Below, piece after piece: positions 30,904 through 40,299 of a stretch of DNA of 64,000 bases. The notes beneath the pieces are model-generated. The model saw only the letters and a list, made by a program, of their open reading frames with translations. It was not told the origin of the DNA and searched no databases. Both the position numbers and the translations under genes were made by a program. Where the stretch lies: positions 258,502 to 322,501 of the forward strand of contig CALSRB010000005.1 of assembly GCA_943788655.1 (NCBI GenBank), written 5' to 3'. Positions within the stretch are counted from its first letter, which is position 1, and the number at the start of each line of letters is the position of its first letter. The stretch comes from Candidatus Poseidoniaceae archaeon (GTDB lineage: Archaea > Thermoplasmatota > Poseidoniia > Poseidoniales > Poseidoniaceae).

Positions 30904-32805
30904 ATGGCTGATGCCGACGCTTCCGTTCACGAGGCTTCAGTGGAGGCTGTTTTGATTTCCGGCCATGAGAAAGATGGAGTGGCTCGACGCCAACTGACCC
31001 TCTCTGCCGTCGGTACAATGGCTGTTGCAGTGGTCTTCTTGTTGCTGGCCATGACTTTTGGCGAGACCCTTATTTCAAGCACGGTGGATGAGGAATTCGA
31101 AGGTGACTGGTGGAACACACCTCTGCACCTTCGCCACCAAATGGACCTTCCAATGGACACGCTACGAGCACAATTACCTGTGAATGGAACCTACGAAGCA
31201 TTGCCATACACAGAGCACTTTATCGAAGTTGAACTCCCCGCAAGTGAGCAAGATGCTGGGTTCCCCGGACCCGCTCTCATGCACGTTGCGTTGTGGCTTC
31301 CAAATGTGCCAGAAGGAACTCAAGTTCCTGTCATTATGACCATCCATCCCTACTACGACTTCGGTGGGGAAGGGTTGCCGGGTATTGGCGACGACTCCTC
31401 ACCGAACACAGTCCCAGACGGCGGCGTAGGAAAATGGGTCTATGACACATTCCTACCGCATGGCTATGCCTTTGCTCAAGCCTCAACCTTCGGCACAGGA
31501 CAGTCCACCCACTGTCAAGATGTGAAAGGTCTTGGTGAGCAAACTGGTATTCAAGCGGTGACCGATTGGCTTGGGCAGCAAAACTGGTCGAATGGCAATG
31601 TCGGATTGATGGGCAAATCCTACGCAGGCACCACCAACTGGGAAGCTGCCCAAAACCCTTCGGAGCACCTGAAAACAATCGTGCCGATCTCAGGCTCCAT
31701 TGGTGTCCAAGAAATGTTCTACCGCAACGGCTCTTCTGAAGCCCGAGCGATGGGGTATGACGCAGCCTACCAAGCGGCGACCACCGATCTAACAACCGAT
31801 GACATGCGATTGTGCTCAGACGATGCAATTGGCCCACTTAATCCGTTTTCGACATGGGGTTGGGCCGAATTCGGCGGGGCTGAATGGAACGACTACTGGG
31901 ACGAACGAAGGCACCTTCCTGACGTCTTGGAAAACTACCGTGGCAGTGTTTACATCGTGTGGGGAATGCAAGACTGGAACGTCGATCCATACCACGCTTT
32001 CCCAACATACCAGATGCTGATTGATGCAGGGATTAACGCTCGTGCCATCTCTGGCCAATGGGCCCACAATTACCCTGACCAACCCGATCGACACAGTGAA
32101 CTCGACACTGGATATGGAAAGGAAGCCTATCCAAACATGAGCCGTATGGACTGGGCCGTCGAGTTATATGGTTGGTTCAATTATTACCTCAAAGGCATCG
32201 GTGACGAACCTGAGCCAATGGTGCAAATGCAAACGAATGATGGCCGATGGCACGTGGAAACAACATGGCCACCTGCCGACATGATGTGGGACATGCACAC
32301 CATCGACACCACTTGGGGCAACCTCGGCACGGTGAACGGTGTTGGCAGTTCAGTCACACTCACCAGTCCAACATTCAGCAACGAAACTCACATCTCTGGC
32401 TTGCCAACACTCCATCTTGATGTCACGACTCAAGCCTGCAACGGTGGTCAAATTTTTGCAACCCTTTACGATGACACGGCAAACCTTCGACTTGGACATG
32501 CAACAATGGACATTCGATACAGAGACGGAGGCTATGATGCTCAACCAACGGCACCTCTCAGCCAATACACCATGCTGATGGAATTCAATCCACTTGACGT
32601 TGTGTTGCCCGCTGGCCACGCCCTGCGCTTGGAATTATCCGAAACGGGTGAGGATTACCTGCCGGGGCCCTGTGCTTCAAACCCAGCTGGCGGATTAAGC
32701 ATCAACGGTGGCACCTTTGGCCTGCCCTTGATCGACAGGCCGACATCCCACGAGGCGTGGTTTGAAGCGCCTCACTGGTGGGATCAACAGCCCATCCCCT
32801 CTTGA
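30904..32805 (+). CDS. CocE/NonD (peptidase S15-like) hydrolase, membrane-anchored
   Basis: WSNGNVGLMGKSYAG nucleophile motif, GMQDWNV, GQWAH. Confidence 0.85.
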   Translation: MADADASVHEASVEAVLISGHEKDGVARRQLTLSAVGTMAVAVVFLLLAMTFGETLISSTVDEEFEGDWWNTPLHLRHQMDLPMDTLRAQLPVNGTYEALPYTEHFIEVELPASEQDAGFPGPALMHVALWLPNVPEGTQVPVIMTIHPYYDFGGEGLPGIGDDSSPNTVPDGGVGKWVYDTFLPHGYAFAQASTFGTGQSTHCQDVKGLGEQTGIQAVTDWLGQQNWSNGNVGLMGKSYAGTTNWEAAQNPSEHLKTIVPISGSIGVQEMFYRNGSSEARAMGYDAAYQAATTDLTTDDMRLCSDDAIGPLNPFSTWGWAEFGGAEWNDYWDERRHLPDVLENYRGSVYIVWGMQDWNVDPYHAFPTYQMLIDAGINARAISGQWAHNYPDQPDRHSELDTGYGKEAYPNMSRMDWAVELYGWFNYYLKGIGDEPEPMVQMQTNDGRWHVETTWPPADMMWDMHTIDTTWGNLGTVNGVGSSVTLTSPTFSNETHISGLPTLHLDVTTQACNGGQIFATLYDDTANLRLGHATMDIRYRDGGYDAQPTAPLSQYTMLMEFNPLDVVLPAGHALRLELSETGEDYLPGPCASNPAGGLSINGGTFGLPLIDRPTSHEAWFEAPHWWDQQPIPS

Positions 32806-32814
32806 GGCGAAGAC

Positions 32815-33174
32815 ATGCGCGTGCTCGCCTTCGAAGACACCTACGACCTAACGGCGATGCTTGACGCTGCAGGTTGTAACCTCAGTGGTGTCGAATTGGT
32901 GCAACGCTGGAACTCGGACGATCCTCTCAAACACATCATGGAATTCAAACCAGATGTGGTGATGTTGGATTTTTTCATGCCACCATACACTGGCCTCGAA
33001 GTACTTCAGATGCTCAACATGGCCGCGCACAACAAGCAACTCTCACGCCCGAACCTCATTATCGGCATTTCGAGCGAAGCGGAAGCAAACAAAGCCCTCG
33101 CAAAGGAGGGCGCGGATGCCTGCATCATCAAATTCGATATTCACACTCTGGACCTGTGGAAGACAAAAATATGA
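32815..33174 (+). CDS. Stand-alone response-regulator receiver domain
   Basis: PDVVMLDFFMPPYTGLEVL, IIGISS, GADACIIK. Confidence 0.8.
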   Translation: MRVLAFEDTYDLTAMLDAAGCNLSGVELVQRWNSDDPLKHIMEFKPDVVMLDFFMPPYTGLEVLQMLNMAAHNKQLSRPNLIIGISSEAEANKALAKEGADACIIKFDIHTLDLWKTKI

Positions 33175-33220
33175 AGTTCGAAAGCGATGAGGCTAAATTC
33201 TTGCTGTCCCTGTAAGTGCC

Positions 33221-33940
33221 ATGGCCGATATTGCTGATGTGAGTTCACCCTTGATGGATGAACTGTCTGCGCTCGGCCCCATTTTTGGAATCGTTTTAAT
33301 CCTCGGTGGTGTCTTTTTGATGCTACGGGGCCATGAACGGTTGCAATACGTCGCTGGCGCAACGGGTGCTGGCATGGGCTATGTGTTAACACCAACCTTG
33401 TCTTCATTGATCCCAGATACAGGACTCGAAGATTTGCACGTGATGATCATCCTCATGCTGCTTTTCTCTGGCATCATGCTCATGACCATACAGATGAGCA
33501 TCTACCTCATGGCGTCGATGGGCACCTACATCATGTTCTCGTGGTCCTTCCATTGGCTCGATGGAAAAGGCATGGAAATTGCCGACAGTGAGTTCATCAC
33601 AAACGTCATGGCAATCGTAGCCTTCTTTTCCGTTATCTGGGTTCGAAAACAGTTACCAATGCTCGTTTCAGCGTTGCTTGGGAGCATTGCAACACTTTCT
33701 GGACTCTTGGTGCTCAACGGCCAACCGCTCGCTAATTTCAATCCACAAAACACCTCTACGCTTGCCATTGTGTTCGTGCTCTTCATCGTAAGTGTGACGT
33801 TTCAATCTCGAGCTATTAAGCGAAAGCAAGAGGAAGAAGATGGAGAAGAAGAACAACCTCCTACCAAATATACCAACCAACCAACTGCACCGCGAACAAC
33901 GCGTGTACCTTCACAATACGATTTGCCCGACCTTCGCTAA
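33221..33940 (+). CDS. Multi-pass membrane protein (DUF4203-like)
   Basis: About 7 hydrophobic helices and an acidic tail. Confidence 0.6.
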   Translation: MADIADVSSPLMDELSALGPIFGIVLILGGVFLMLRGHERLQYVAGATGAGMGYVLTPTLSSLIPDTGLEDLHVMIILMLLFSGIMLMTIQMSIYLMASMGTYIMFSWSFHWLDGKGMEIADSEFITNVMAIVAFFSVIWVRKQLPMLVSALLGSIATLSGLLVLNGQPLANFNPQNTSTLAIVFVLFIVSVTFQSRAIKRKQEEEDGEEEQPPTKYTNQPTAPRTTRVPSQYDLPDLR

Positions 33941-33984
33941 GCCGTAGGACGAACCTTGAAATCACCGACTCGGAAGCAACGCCC

Positions 33985-34902
33985 ATGGCAAGCGAATTGG
34001 ACTACGGTCCGGCGCATACCGATCGGCAAACCTTCGTGGCCATCGGCCTCGTTGCCTCCCTTCTTATCATGGTCTATGCCATGACTGATTTGCAGAGTTT
34101 GGTTGCTGAAAGCGCTGAATCTCTTAACGGCTCACGCAATCCATCTTGGGTTGTGACCGGTGCCCGATGCATTGCTTTGGGAATGGGACTCATCGCCGTT
34201 GGAATGATGTTCCGAGTTGGCCCTGGCAACATGCAAGTGCTCCTTCATGAGCAACGTGAAGTGAAATTGATTCATCCAGTTGGGTTTGAAAAATTCGTCA
34301 CCTTTAGTTCGTGGACGTTGCTAAGCAACATTCTGTATTTTGCCAGTGCTCTCACCGCCAGCGTGTACAGCACGGACGGTGGTTCGATTCCGTCATGGTT
34401 AGAACTCGTTCAAGTTAACATGTTTGTCATTGCATGTGGTTCGGCTTTCTTGACGGCAACGGTCGTTCGATACATCATCCTGCCCGATTTTGTTGATTCA
34501 GAGCGCGATTCACAATACATGTTCCAATACCACGAACAGGTGATGCACAATTTTGCGGCCATGTTTTTGGCCGTTGAGGTCATGCTTGTGGCACCTGTCT
34601 TGCACCCTGAACTCGCCTTGTCTTGCGTCGGGATGGGGTTGGTTTACGTCGCCTTTGCCTACCTTTATGCCTACAAGGGCGGAGGGTACTATGCCTACAG
34701 TTTCATTGACCCGAGGAAGAAATTCGCCCCCTTCATCATGCTTGGCCTCGCAGGGGCGATTGCCGTGTTCTATCTTGGAATCTTACTCGCTAGTCGCCTT
34801 GTGGAATGGAATGTCTACCTCGGAAGCATCGTGTTGGCACTCTGGGTGTCCCTCATCGTGCAGTTCTGGTCAACTGACCCAGAAACTCAGTCTTCATCGT
34901 AA
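33985..34902 (+). CDS. Multi-pass membrane protein, possibly FAR-17a/AIG1/Pr6Pr-like
   Basis: KFVTFSSWT..SN, VMHN and Y.Y.FID motifs within 7-8 TM helices. Confidence 0.55.
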   Translation: MASELDYGPAHTDRQTFVAIGLVASLLIMVYAMTDLQSLVAESAESLNGSRNPSWVVTGARCIALGMGLIAVGMMFRVGPGNMQVLLHEQREVKLIHPVGFEKFVTFSSWTLLSNILYFASALTASVYSTDGGSIPSWLELVQVNMFVIACGSAFLTATVVRYIILPDFVDSERDSQYMFQYHEQVMHNFAAMFLAVEVMLVAPVLHPELALSCVGMGLVYVAFAYLYAYKGGGYYAYSFIDPRKKFAPFIMLGLAGAIAVFYLGILLASRLVEWNVYLGSIVLALWVSLIVQFWSTDPETQSSS

Positions 34903-35609
34903 GGTTGCCAATCGTCTTGGCCTTCCTCACGGAACCACCAGTATCCATCTTCGTCCTCGAACCACTCAACGCCGTTCTCGTCAATGGAGTACCCTTCGAC
35001 TTCTTCCTCTTCCTCTTCGTAGACTTCTTGCTCAGCGTTTGGATCAACCATTCCAGATTCTTGCGAGATCTGTTGCTTAAGTTGGTCAAGTTCCTCGTCT
35101 GCGTCAGCGAAAACTCGATTCTCGGTGATAATCTCTGCTTGATGATCACCTTGGCGGATTGCATCGTCTGAGTCAGCCAAGAAATCGTCGCTCATTCGAG
35201 CCTTAAATTCCTCAAATTCATCGCGTCCGTAACTTCCAAGGAACTCATCGCCTTTGGATTGCATCAAGTCATCGAGGTTTGCCCGCTTCTCACGCTTGAG
35301 TTCAGGAGCATCTGGAACACTGCCAGCATAGAATGAGTCTTCATCGTCTGAGAGTTTGCCAAAGGATCGTCCTTCAGGGTCAACTTCTTCGATGGCTTCA
35401 ATGATGAGATCGTGTTCCTCTTCATCGAGGTTCTCTTCTTCGTATTGTTCACCGACCATGGTGACCAATTTGTTGAGATTGCGGGCCAATTTACGGTCGT
35501 CGTCCTCAAACTCACTCACGAGTTTGTCAACCTGTTTCAACAACCGCTCGTATGGCGTGCCGGTGATAGCGCCAAGGAAACGCCCAAAGCCCCCTTTCTT
35601 TCTCGCCAT
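34887..35609 (-). CDS. Highly acidic hypothetical protein with Trp-rich C-terminal module
   Basis: MARKKGGFGRFLG start, D/E-rich body, ends IDENGVEWFEDEDGYWWFREEGQDDWQPY. Confidence 0.75.
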   Translation of the reverse strand: MARKKGGFGRFLGAITGTPYERLLKQVDKLVSEFEDDDRKLARNLNKLVTMVGEQYEEENLDEEEHDLIIEAIEEVDPEGRSFGKLSDDEDSFYAGSVPDAPELKREKRANLDDLMQSKGDEFLGSYGRDEFEEFKARMSDDFLADSDDAIRQGDHQAEIITENRVFADADEELDQLKQQISQESGMVDPNAEQEVYEEEEEEVEGYSIDENGVEWFEDEDGYWWFREEGQDDWQPYDED

Positions 35610-35705
35610 AGTGATTGGTGCACACCAGTCCTTTTGAAAGATTCTTTCCCTCCATGGACCTCCGCACAGTTCATTCAAGAGGGCCTCTTAGCCACGCCGA
35701 GGGCG

Positions 35706-36467
35706 ATGGTGGAATCTTGGCTGGTTGAGTTGATGACCACGTACAACGAGGAGTCGTACACCGGTCGAGAGGCTTACACGGCTCAAGTGCATCTTCCCGG
35801 TCAAGTGTTCGAATCGCTCGTTTGGTGGGCACTTCAAGCGCTTCCTGATGAAATTCTGGTCGGGCTCGACATCGATTCAGAAACGCCTCATGTTGAAGAA
35901 GTGGATTTGGCTTTCAGCGCACAAGAGAGCACGTCAAACTTGTTTCAAGGCCAAGGGTATCGAATCAAAGAGGCGCACATCGTAAATCGCGGCGATTCCT
36001 ATTCGGTTCATCACCTGCCTGAAGATTGGACGGATGACATGTTTTCCAGTTCTCGAGGTTCACGCGCTGGTCGTTTTACCCATTGGTTGCATACCCATCC
36101 AAACGCCCCTGCGATCCCAAGTGGTGCTGATGCTGATGCGGCGCAAGAAACCGCAGGCATCGATATGATCCTCGGGCTAAGGTTTTCTCCCGAAGGCCCA
36201 TTGCCATGGTTTGACGATGTGGAAGGCCAACGAAGAAGGGTTGGCAAAGAGGCTGTTCCACAACCAACCAAAGCTCGTCGCCGATCGTTTTTCCAACGCC
36301 AACAACTTCCTGTTCTCGGGGTTGCACCGAGTGGCCACAAAATCCACGAAATACAATTGATTGCCTTTCACAAAAACGGACTTGGCGTCAACGTCGTATT
36401 GGTGGATGAAGAAGGCTATCCATACGGCTGGAGCCAATTCAACGATCACGCCACAAGTGAGGCATGA
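35706..36467 (+). CDS. JAB/MPN+ metalloprotease
   Basis: PDEILVG and HTHPNAPAIPSGAD, matching E...HxHx7Sx2D. Confidence 0.85.
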   Translation: MVESWLVELMTTYNEESYTGREAYTAQVHLPGQVFESLVWWALQALPDEILVGLDIDSETPHVEEVDLAFSAQESTSNLFQGQGYRIKEAHIVNRGDSYSVHHLPEDWTDDMFSSSRGSRAGRFTHWLHTHPNAPAIPSGADADAAQETAGIDMILGLRFSPEGPLPWFDDVEGQRRRVGKEAVPQPTKARRRSFFQRQQLPVLGVAPSGHKIHEIQLIAFHKNGLGVNVVLVDEEGYPYGWSQFNDHATSEA

Positions 36468-36937
36468 AGGGTTTCTAGGCGTTCGGGATTGACCCCTAAA
36501 TCGCCCTGACCCAAACGAGATTGTGAGTGCAACTCGATCTGTGTTGTGTCAACATCAACCACTGTTAAGGACACGGCTACATCATCAGGAAACCGCCAGA
36601 AACTCGTTCGAACAACAAAATGAATGTATGAACTGTTTTCATCATTATCCTCCACAAGAACGTCTCCATTGTTGGATTCAATGAAGTCATCGAGGTTTGC
36701 TTGCACCTCATTCATCGGGGCTTGGATGGTTAAACTGAGATCATCCATTCTGAAATCAGAACCGCCGCCGAGGTGTGCGCAGTTCATGCTGTTGGTTTCG
36801 CATTGCGGCATTGTTTCAAACGGTTCATCACCAGCGCTCGTTAGGATCCAGAGTTGGCAGAGCAACCAGGGGGCAATGAGTGCACTGACAACCAGCAGTA
36901 CGTTCGTACGGGAGAGGAAATTTCGCTCAGATGTCAC
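36446..36937 (-). CDS. DUF1499 family protein
   Basis: RTSFWRFPDDV and SQSRLGQGDLGVN.ER motifs; probable GTG start overlapping the gpmA end. Confidence 0.8.
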   Translation of the reverse strand: MTSERNFLSRTNVLLVVSALIAPWLLCQLWILTSAGDEPFETMPQCETNSMNCAHLGGGSDFRMDDLSLTIQAPMNEVQANLDDFIESNNGDVLVEDNDENSSYIHFVVRTSFWRFPDDVAVSLTVVDVDTTQIELHSQSRLGQGDLGVNPERLETLHASLVA

Positions 36938-37640
36938 GGCGTTCCCATCCTGTGTCCGACCATGCATAGACCATCGGTTGGCCTGTTGGAACCTCAAGGG
37001 AAAGCACTTCTTCTTCACTCAATCCTTCGATGTGCATGATGATGCTGCGAAGCGAATTACCGTGCGCTGCAACAAATACATTGTTGCCAGATTCAAGGGC
37101 AGGAACAAGGGTTGAATCAAGGTACGGAATGGTGCGTTCCGCAGTGAGTTTGAGCGATTCACCAGATGGCGGTGGGACATCAAAAGAGCGTCGCCAAATG
37201 TGCACTTGTTCCTCTCCGTACTGCCGTCGAGTTGCATCTTTGTTCAACCCTTGCAAGTCACCATACATTCGCTCGTTTAGTTGCCATGAGACATGAACTG
37301 GAAGCAAATCTTCTGAGCCGGCATCGCCTTTGATTTGAGCCCATTCAATCATTCTCGCTTCGTTTTCTGAAACGGAATCAACGCCGGCCTCTGGCTGTGG
37401 GTATTGGAACACGGGCGTCTTCCCGCCGTTGTGCTGAGCAAGCGCAAGCATGGCGGTCATTTGAGCGCGAATGAGCGTCGAAACGTGCACTTCATCGATG
37501 TCAAGATGAGCGATTTGCTGACCGCCCGCGATGGCTTCTTCGATCCCGACGTTGGTCAGTGGCACATCCACCCAGCCGGTGAACAACTTGGCAGCGTTCC
37601 ACATGGATTGGCCGTGGCGCATCAAAATGAGCAGTGACAT
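36927..37640 (-). CDS. gpmA: 2,3-bisphosphoglycerate-dependent phosphoglycerate mutase
   Basis: RHGQS.WN, FTGWVDV, LNERMYGDLQGLNK, AHGNSLR. Confidence 0.95.
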   Translation of the reverse strand: MSLLILMRHGQSMWNAAKLFTGWVDVPLTNVGIEEAIAGGQQIAHLDIDEVHVSTLIRAQMTAMLALAQHNGGKTPVFQYPQPEAGVDSVSENEARMIEWAQIKGDAGSEDLLPVHVSWQLNERMYGDLQGLNKDATRRQYGEEQVHIWRRSFDVPPPSGESLKLTAERTIPYLDSTLVPALESGNNVFVAAHGNSLRSIIMHIEGLSEEEVLSLEVPTGQPMVYAWSDTGWERRDI

Positions 37641-37694
37641 GGTTTCTCCCTGATGTTGGGGCAGCGCCGCCTCTCAATGAACATGGCGGCGAAA

Positions 37695-38534
37695 TCACGC
37701 AAAGAGCGCTGGCAGCCCCGCGAGAATAAAAATCGGCAAAAGCCCCATTGCGAGGTCGCGCAAAAGGAGGAACAGAAGTGTCTTGGTATTGATTTCTGCA
37801 AGTTTGTCGAATTCAACCTGCATCTTAGAATCCACAACTTCTGAAAGCTTTCCTGCTCCAGTTTTAGCGACCTCAATCGCTGCACCAAGCGCAAGACCTC
37901 CCAACAACCCTTGTGGCGTGAGTTTACGAGCCATGAGGGCTCGAGTGCCCCAAATTTTGAGGGATCGTTTAGCGACGCGTTCGCCGTTTGACTCATCTTC
38001 TGTAGAATCATGAGAACTTGGTTTTGGCTTGGTCAGTGAAAATTTTTGCAGCCACGAACGTGCTTTTATGCCAATATCTGCCACTTTTCGCAACTTGGCG
38101 ATGTCTTGCCGTTCAATTGCTTTCAGCATTCTGCGAACTCGTGCAATCCTGAGTAGATCGAGAAAAATCCATACGAACAAAGACAAGATGAGCAATCCCA
38201 TACCAACCTCACTTACCTCTCCCCATGTGGTCCATCCAATCGGATCGGAGACACTTCGAATCAAGAGAACCAGCAAAGGTGGGATGCTGAATGCTAGAAC
38301 TTCATTCAGTGCGAGAACTCCGAAACCACGAACTGGTAAATCTCGTAACTGCTTCAGTGCCCAGCCTGAATGTGGTGCGAGCTTTCCAATGGCTTTTCTG
38401 AATGGAGCGGCTAGAAAGAGAATTCGAAGCATTAAGGGCAACCAAATAACCACCAGAACATAGCCATCCCAAGGACCCGATGGTGGAAATTCTGGGAGTT
38501 GTAATGGGGTCGCCACACCTTCACATAGAGCCAC
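37695..38534 (-). CDS. Hypothetical membrane protein
   Basis: 279-aa ORF with several TM segments; no recognised motif. Confidence 0.65.
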   Translation of the reverse strand: MALCEGVATPLQLPEFPPSGPWDGYVLVVIWLPLMLRILFLAAPFRKAIGKLAPHSGWALKQLRDLPVRGFGVLALNEVLAFSIPPLLVLLIRSVSDPIGWTTWGEVSEVGMGLLILSLFVWIFLDLLRIARVRRMLKAIERQDIAKLRKVADIGIKARSWLQKFSLTKPKPSSHDSTEDESNGERVAKRSLKIWGTRALMARKLTPQGLLGGLALGAAIEVAKTGAGKLSEVVDSKMQVEFDKLAEINTKTLLFLLLRDLAMGLLPIFILAGLPALFA

Positions 38535-38664
38535 AGAACTTCAATCCAACCCCAGATTAAGCTCAATCCCATGCATCTAGTGATTGCATTTCACATCCGG
38601 CGACAGTACGATTCGTCATCAAAACCACCGAAGCGCTCATGTCCATCCAGTGGATGGGCGGTGC

Positions 38665-39027
38665 ATGCCCTTCACACACAACATGGCCGACTGGCTTGGT
38701 TTCAACATCGACAAAGCATGGTTGGAAGAAAACATCCGATGGAAGGACTTCGGCACAGGCGTTCGATTGGGACGGTTGTACCGAGAAGACGCATGTTCGC
38801 TTGTGTTGTACGAAGCAGACTCTGAAGTGACTGTCGACGCTTTCATGCCTCATAGCCATCCTGGCGGAGAAGCATACATCGTTCTCGAGGGCGAGGTTTG
38901 GGACGAAGATGGCACCTACCCCGCTGGTTCCCTTGTGTGGATGAATCGAGAAACAACACACACGCCGAAGACCCGAGGAAAGACGCTGATATTGGTGCTC
39001 TGGCCTGAGGGCGTCAAGAGTGCTTGA
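38665..39027 (+). CDS. ChrR-like cupin protein
   Basis: HSHPGGEAYIVLEG..D..G.YPAGS and H.P motifs; start uncertain. Confidence 0.75.
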   Translation: MPFTHNMADWLGFNIDKAWLEENIRWKDFGTGVRLGRLYREDACSLVLYEADSEVTVDAFMPHSHPGGEAYIVLEGEVWDEDGTYPAGSLVWMNRETTHTPKTRGKTLILVLWPEGVKSA

Positions 39028-39319
39028 CAATCTCTTCGAGATCGTATTCACCACCGGACAGCAGCCCCTCAAAGAGGAACGGCCCCGCTGGCACCACCGC
39101 TGCAATGAATCCGTGAATCAAAGCGGTCATGGTCCAGTGCTTGCCAACGCCAAGGAACAGCAAACCGATGTAAGCAACGAACAAACCACCGTGGAGTGAA
39201 CCCATGAGGCTGACCATTGCAGGGTCGCCTGCGATGTACTTCAACGGCATTGCATACCCCATCAAAATGAGAAATGAAAAACCTTCGAGGTAGCCGACAA
39301 AGGCGACGAGCGATTTCAT
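39014..39319 (-). CDS. DUF3817 family membrane protein
   Basis: EG.SFLIL...[20 protein letters not shown]. Confidence 0.8.
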   Translation of the reverse strand: MKSLVAFVGYLEGFSFLILMGYAMPLKYIAGDPAMVSLMGSLHGGLFVAYIGLLFLGVGKHWTMTALIHGFIAAVVPAGPFLFEGLLSGGEYDLEEIVKHS

Positions 39320-40296
39320 GCTTTGACCTCAATCATCGGACGGCTTGAGCCGCAAGAGGGACAGAGTTGCTCTTCGATTCCATCGTACGCATGCTTACAC
39401 GCAGGGCACGTCATGGTCAATTCCATCTTCCCCATTGCTTCAACAGCTTCGCCTTGCAAGGAAAGATAACCGCTGTCGGCGTTGCCGACCGTGTATCGAC
39501 CTGCACCACCGATTCGAACCAACAAATCTGGTGGCAAGGTGACTGTCCCCGTCTCATCGATGATGAGTTCTCGGTCTTTGCCAAGGTTTTCAACGTCCAC
39601 ATCTGCACCGTGTTCTGCGACAAAACGTCCATCACGAAGTTCGAGCGAACGGTTGGCAAAGGCTGCGACTTCTTTTGAGTGCGTCACAATCAAGAACGAG
39701 ACGCCATCATTTTCGTGGAGGTCTTTGAACAGAGCGAGCACTTCTCTCCCCGTCACTGGGTCAAGGGCGCCTGTCGGCTCATCAGCCAAAATCAAACGCG
39801 GGTTCGTGATGAGGGCTCGAGCAATCGCAACACGTTGCTGCTCGCCACCACTCAACATCATTGGCAACGCATGAGCGCGGTGGATCATGCCCAGTCGTTC
39901 AAGCATCTGATCGGCGAGCTTGAGTGCCTTTCGAGAGGCGACGCCTTGGTGACGAAGCGGTTGTGCAACGTTGTCACGTGCATTCAGGTTCGGTAAGAGA
40001 TTGCCCTCTTGAAAAATAAACGACACCGTTTTCTGGCGCAATTCAACCAATTCTTGACCGGTCAATCTTGTCATGTTTTTTCCTGCCAATGAAACGGAGC
40101 CTGCGCTGGCTTTCATGAGACCGCCGAGGCATTTCATCAAGGTCGATTTTCCTGAACCTGAAGGACCAACCACTGCAATGGCTTCGCCTTGCTTCATATC
40201 GATGTGAAGCCCTCGAAGAGCAACGACGTTTCCGTCCTCTGCTTTTGATTGGTACACGTGGTAAAGTCCATCTGCTTTCAAAATACTATCCTTCAT
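39316..40296 (-). CDS. ABC ATPase (LolD/MacB-like) with C-terminal AbrB-like and Zn-ribbon extension
   Basis: [22 protein letters not shown], then [10 protein letters not shown] and CPAC...CPSC. Confidence 0.9.
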   Translation of the reverse strand: MKDSILKADGLYHVYQSKAEDGNVVALRGLHIDMKQGEAIAVVGPSGSGKSTLMKCLGGLMKASAGSVSLAGKNMTRLTGQELVELRQKTVSFIFQEGNLLPNLNARDNVAQPLRHQGVASRKALKLADQMLERLGMIHRAHALPMMLSGGEQQRVAIARALITNPRLILADEPTGALDPVTGREVLALFKDLHENDGVSFLIVTHSKEVAAFANRSLELRDGRFVAEHGADVDVENLGKDRELIIDETGTVTLPPDLLVRIGGAGRYTVGNADSGYLSLQGEAVEAMGKMELTMTCPACKHAYDGIEEQLCPSCGSSRPMIEVKA

Positions 40297-40299
40297 GCT

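Noticed and set aside
37780-38560. Possible second low-GC patch
   Set aside because: Hand counts of 27-28 G+C per 60 nt are only slightly below the surroundings, so it is not convincing without computation.
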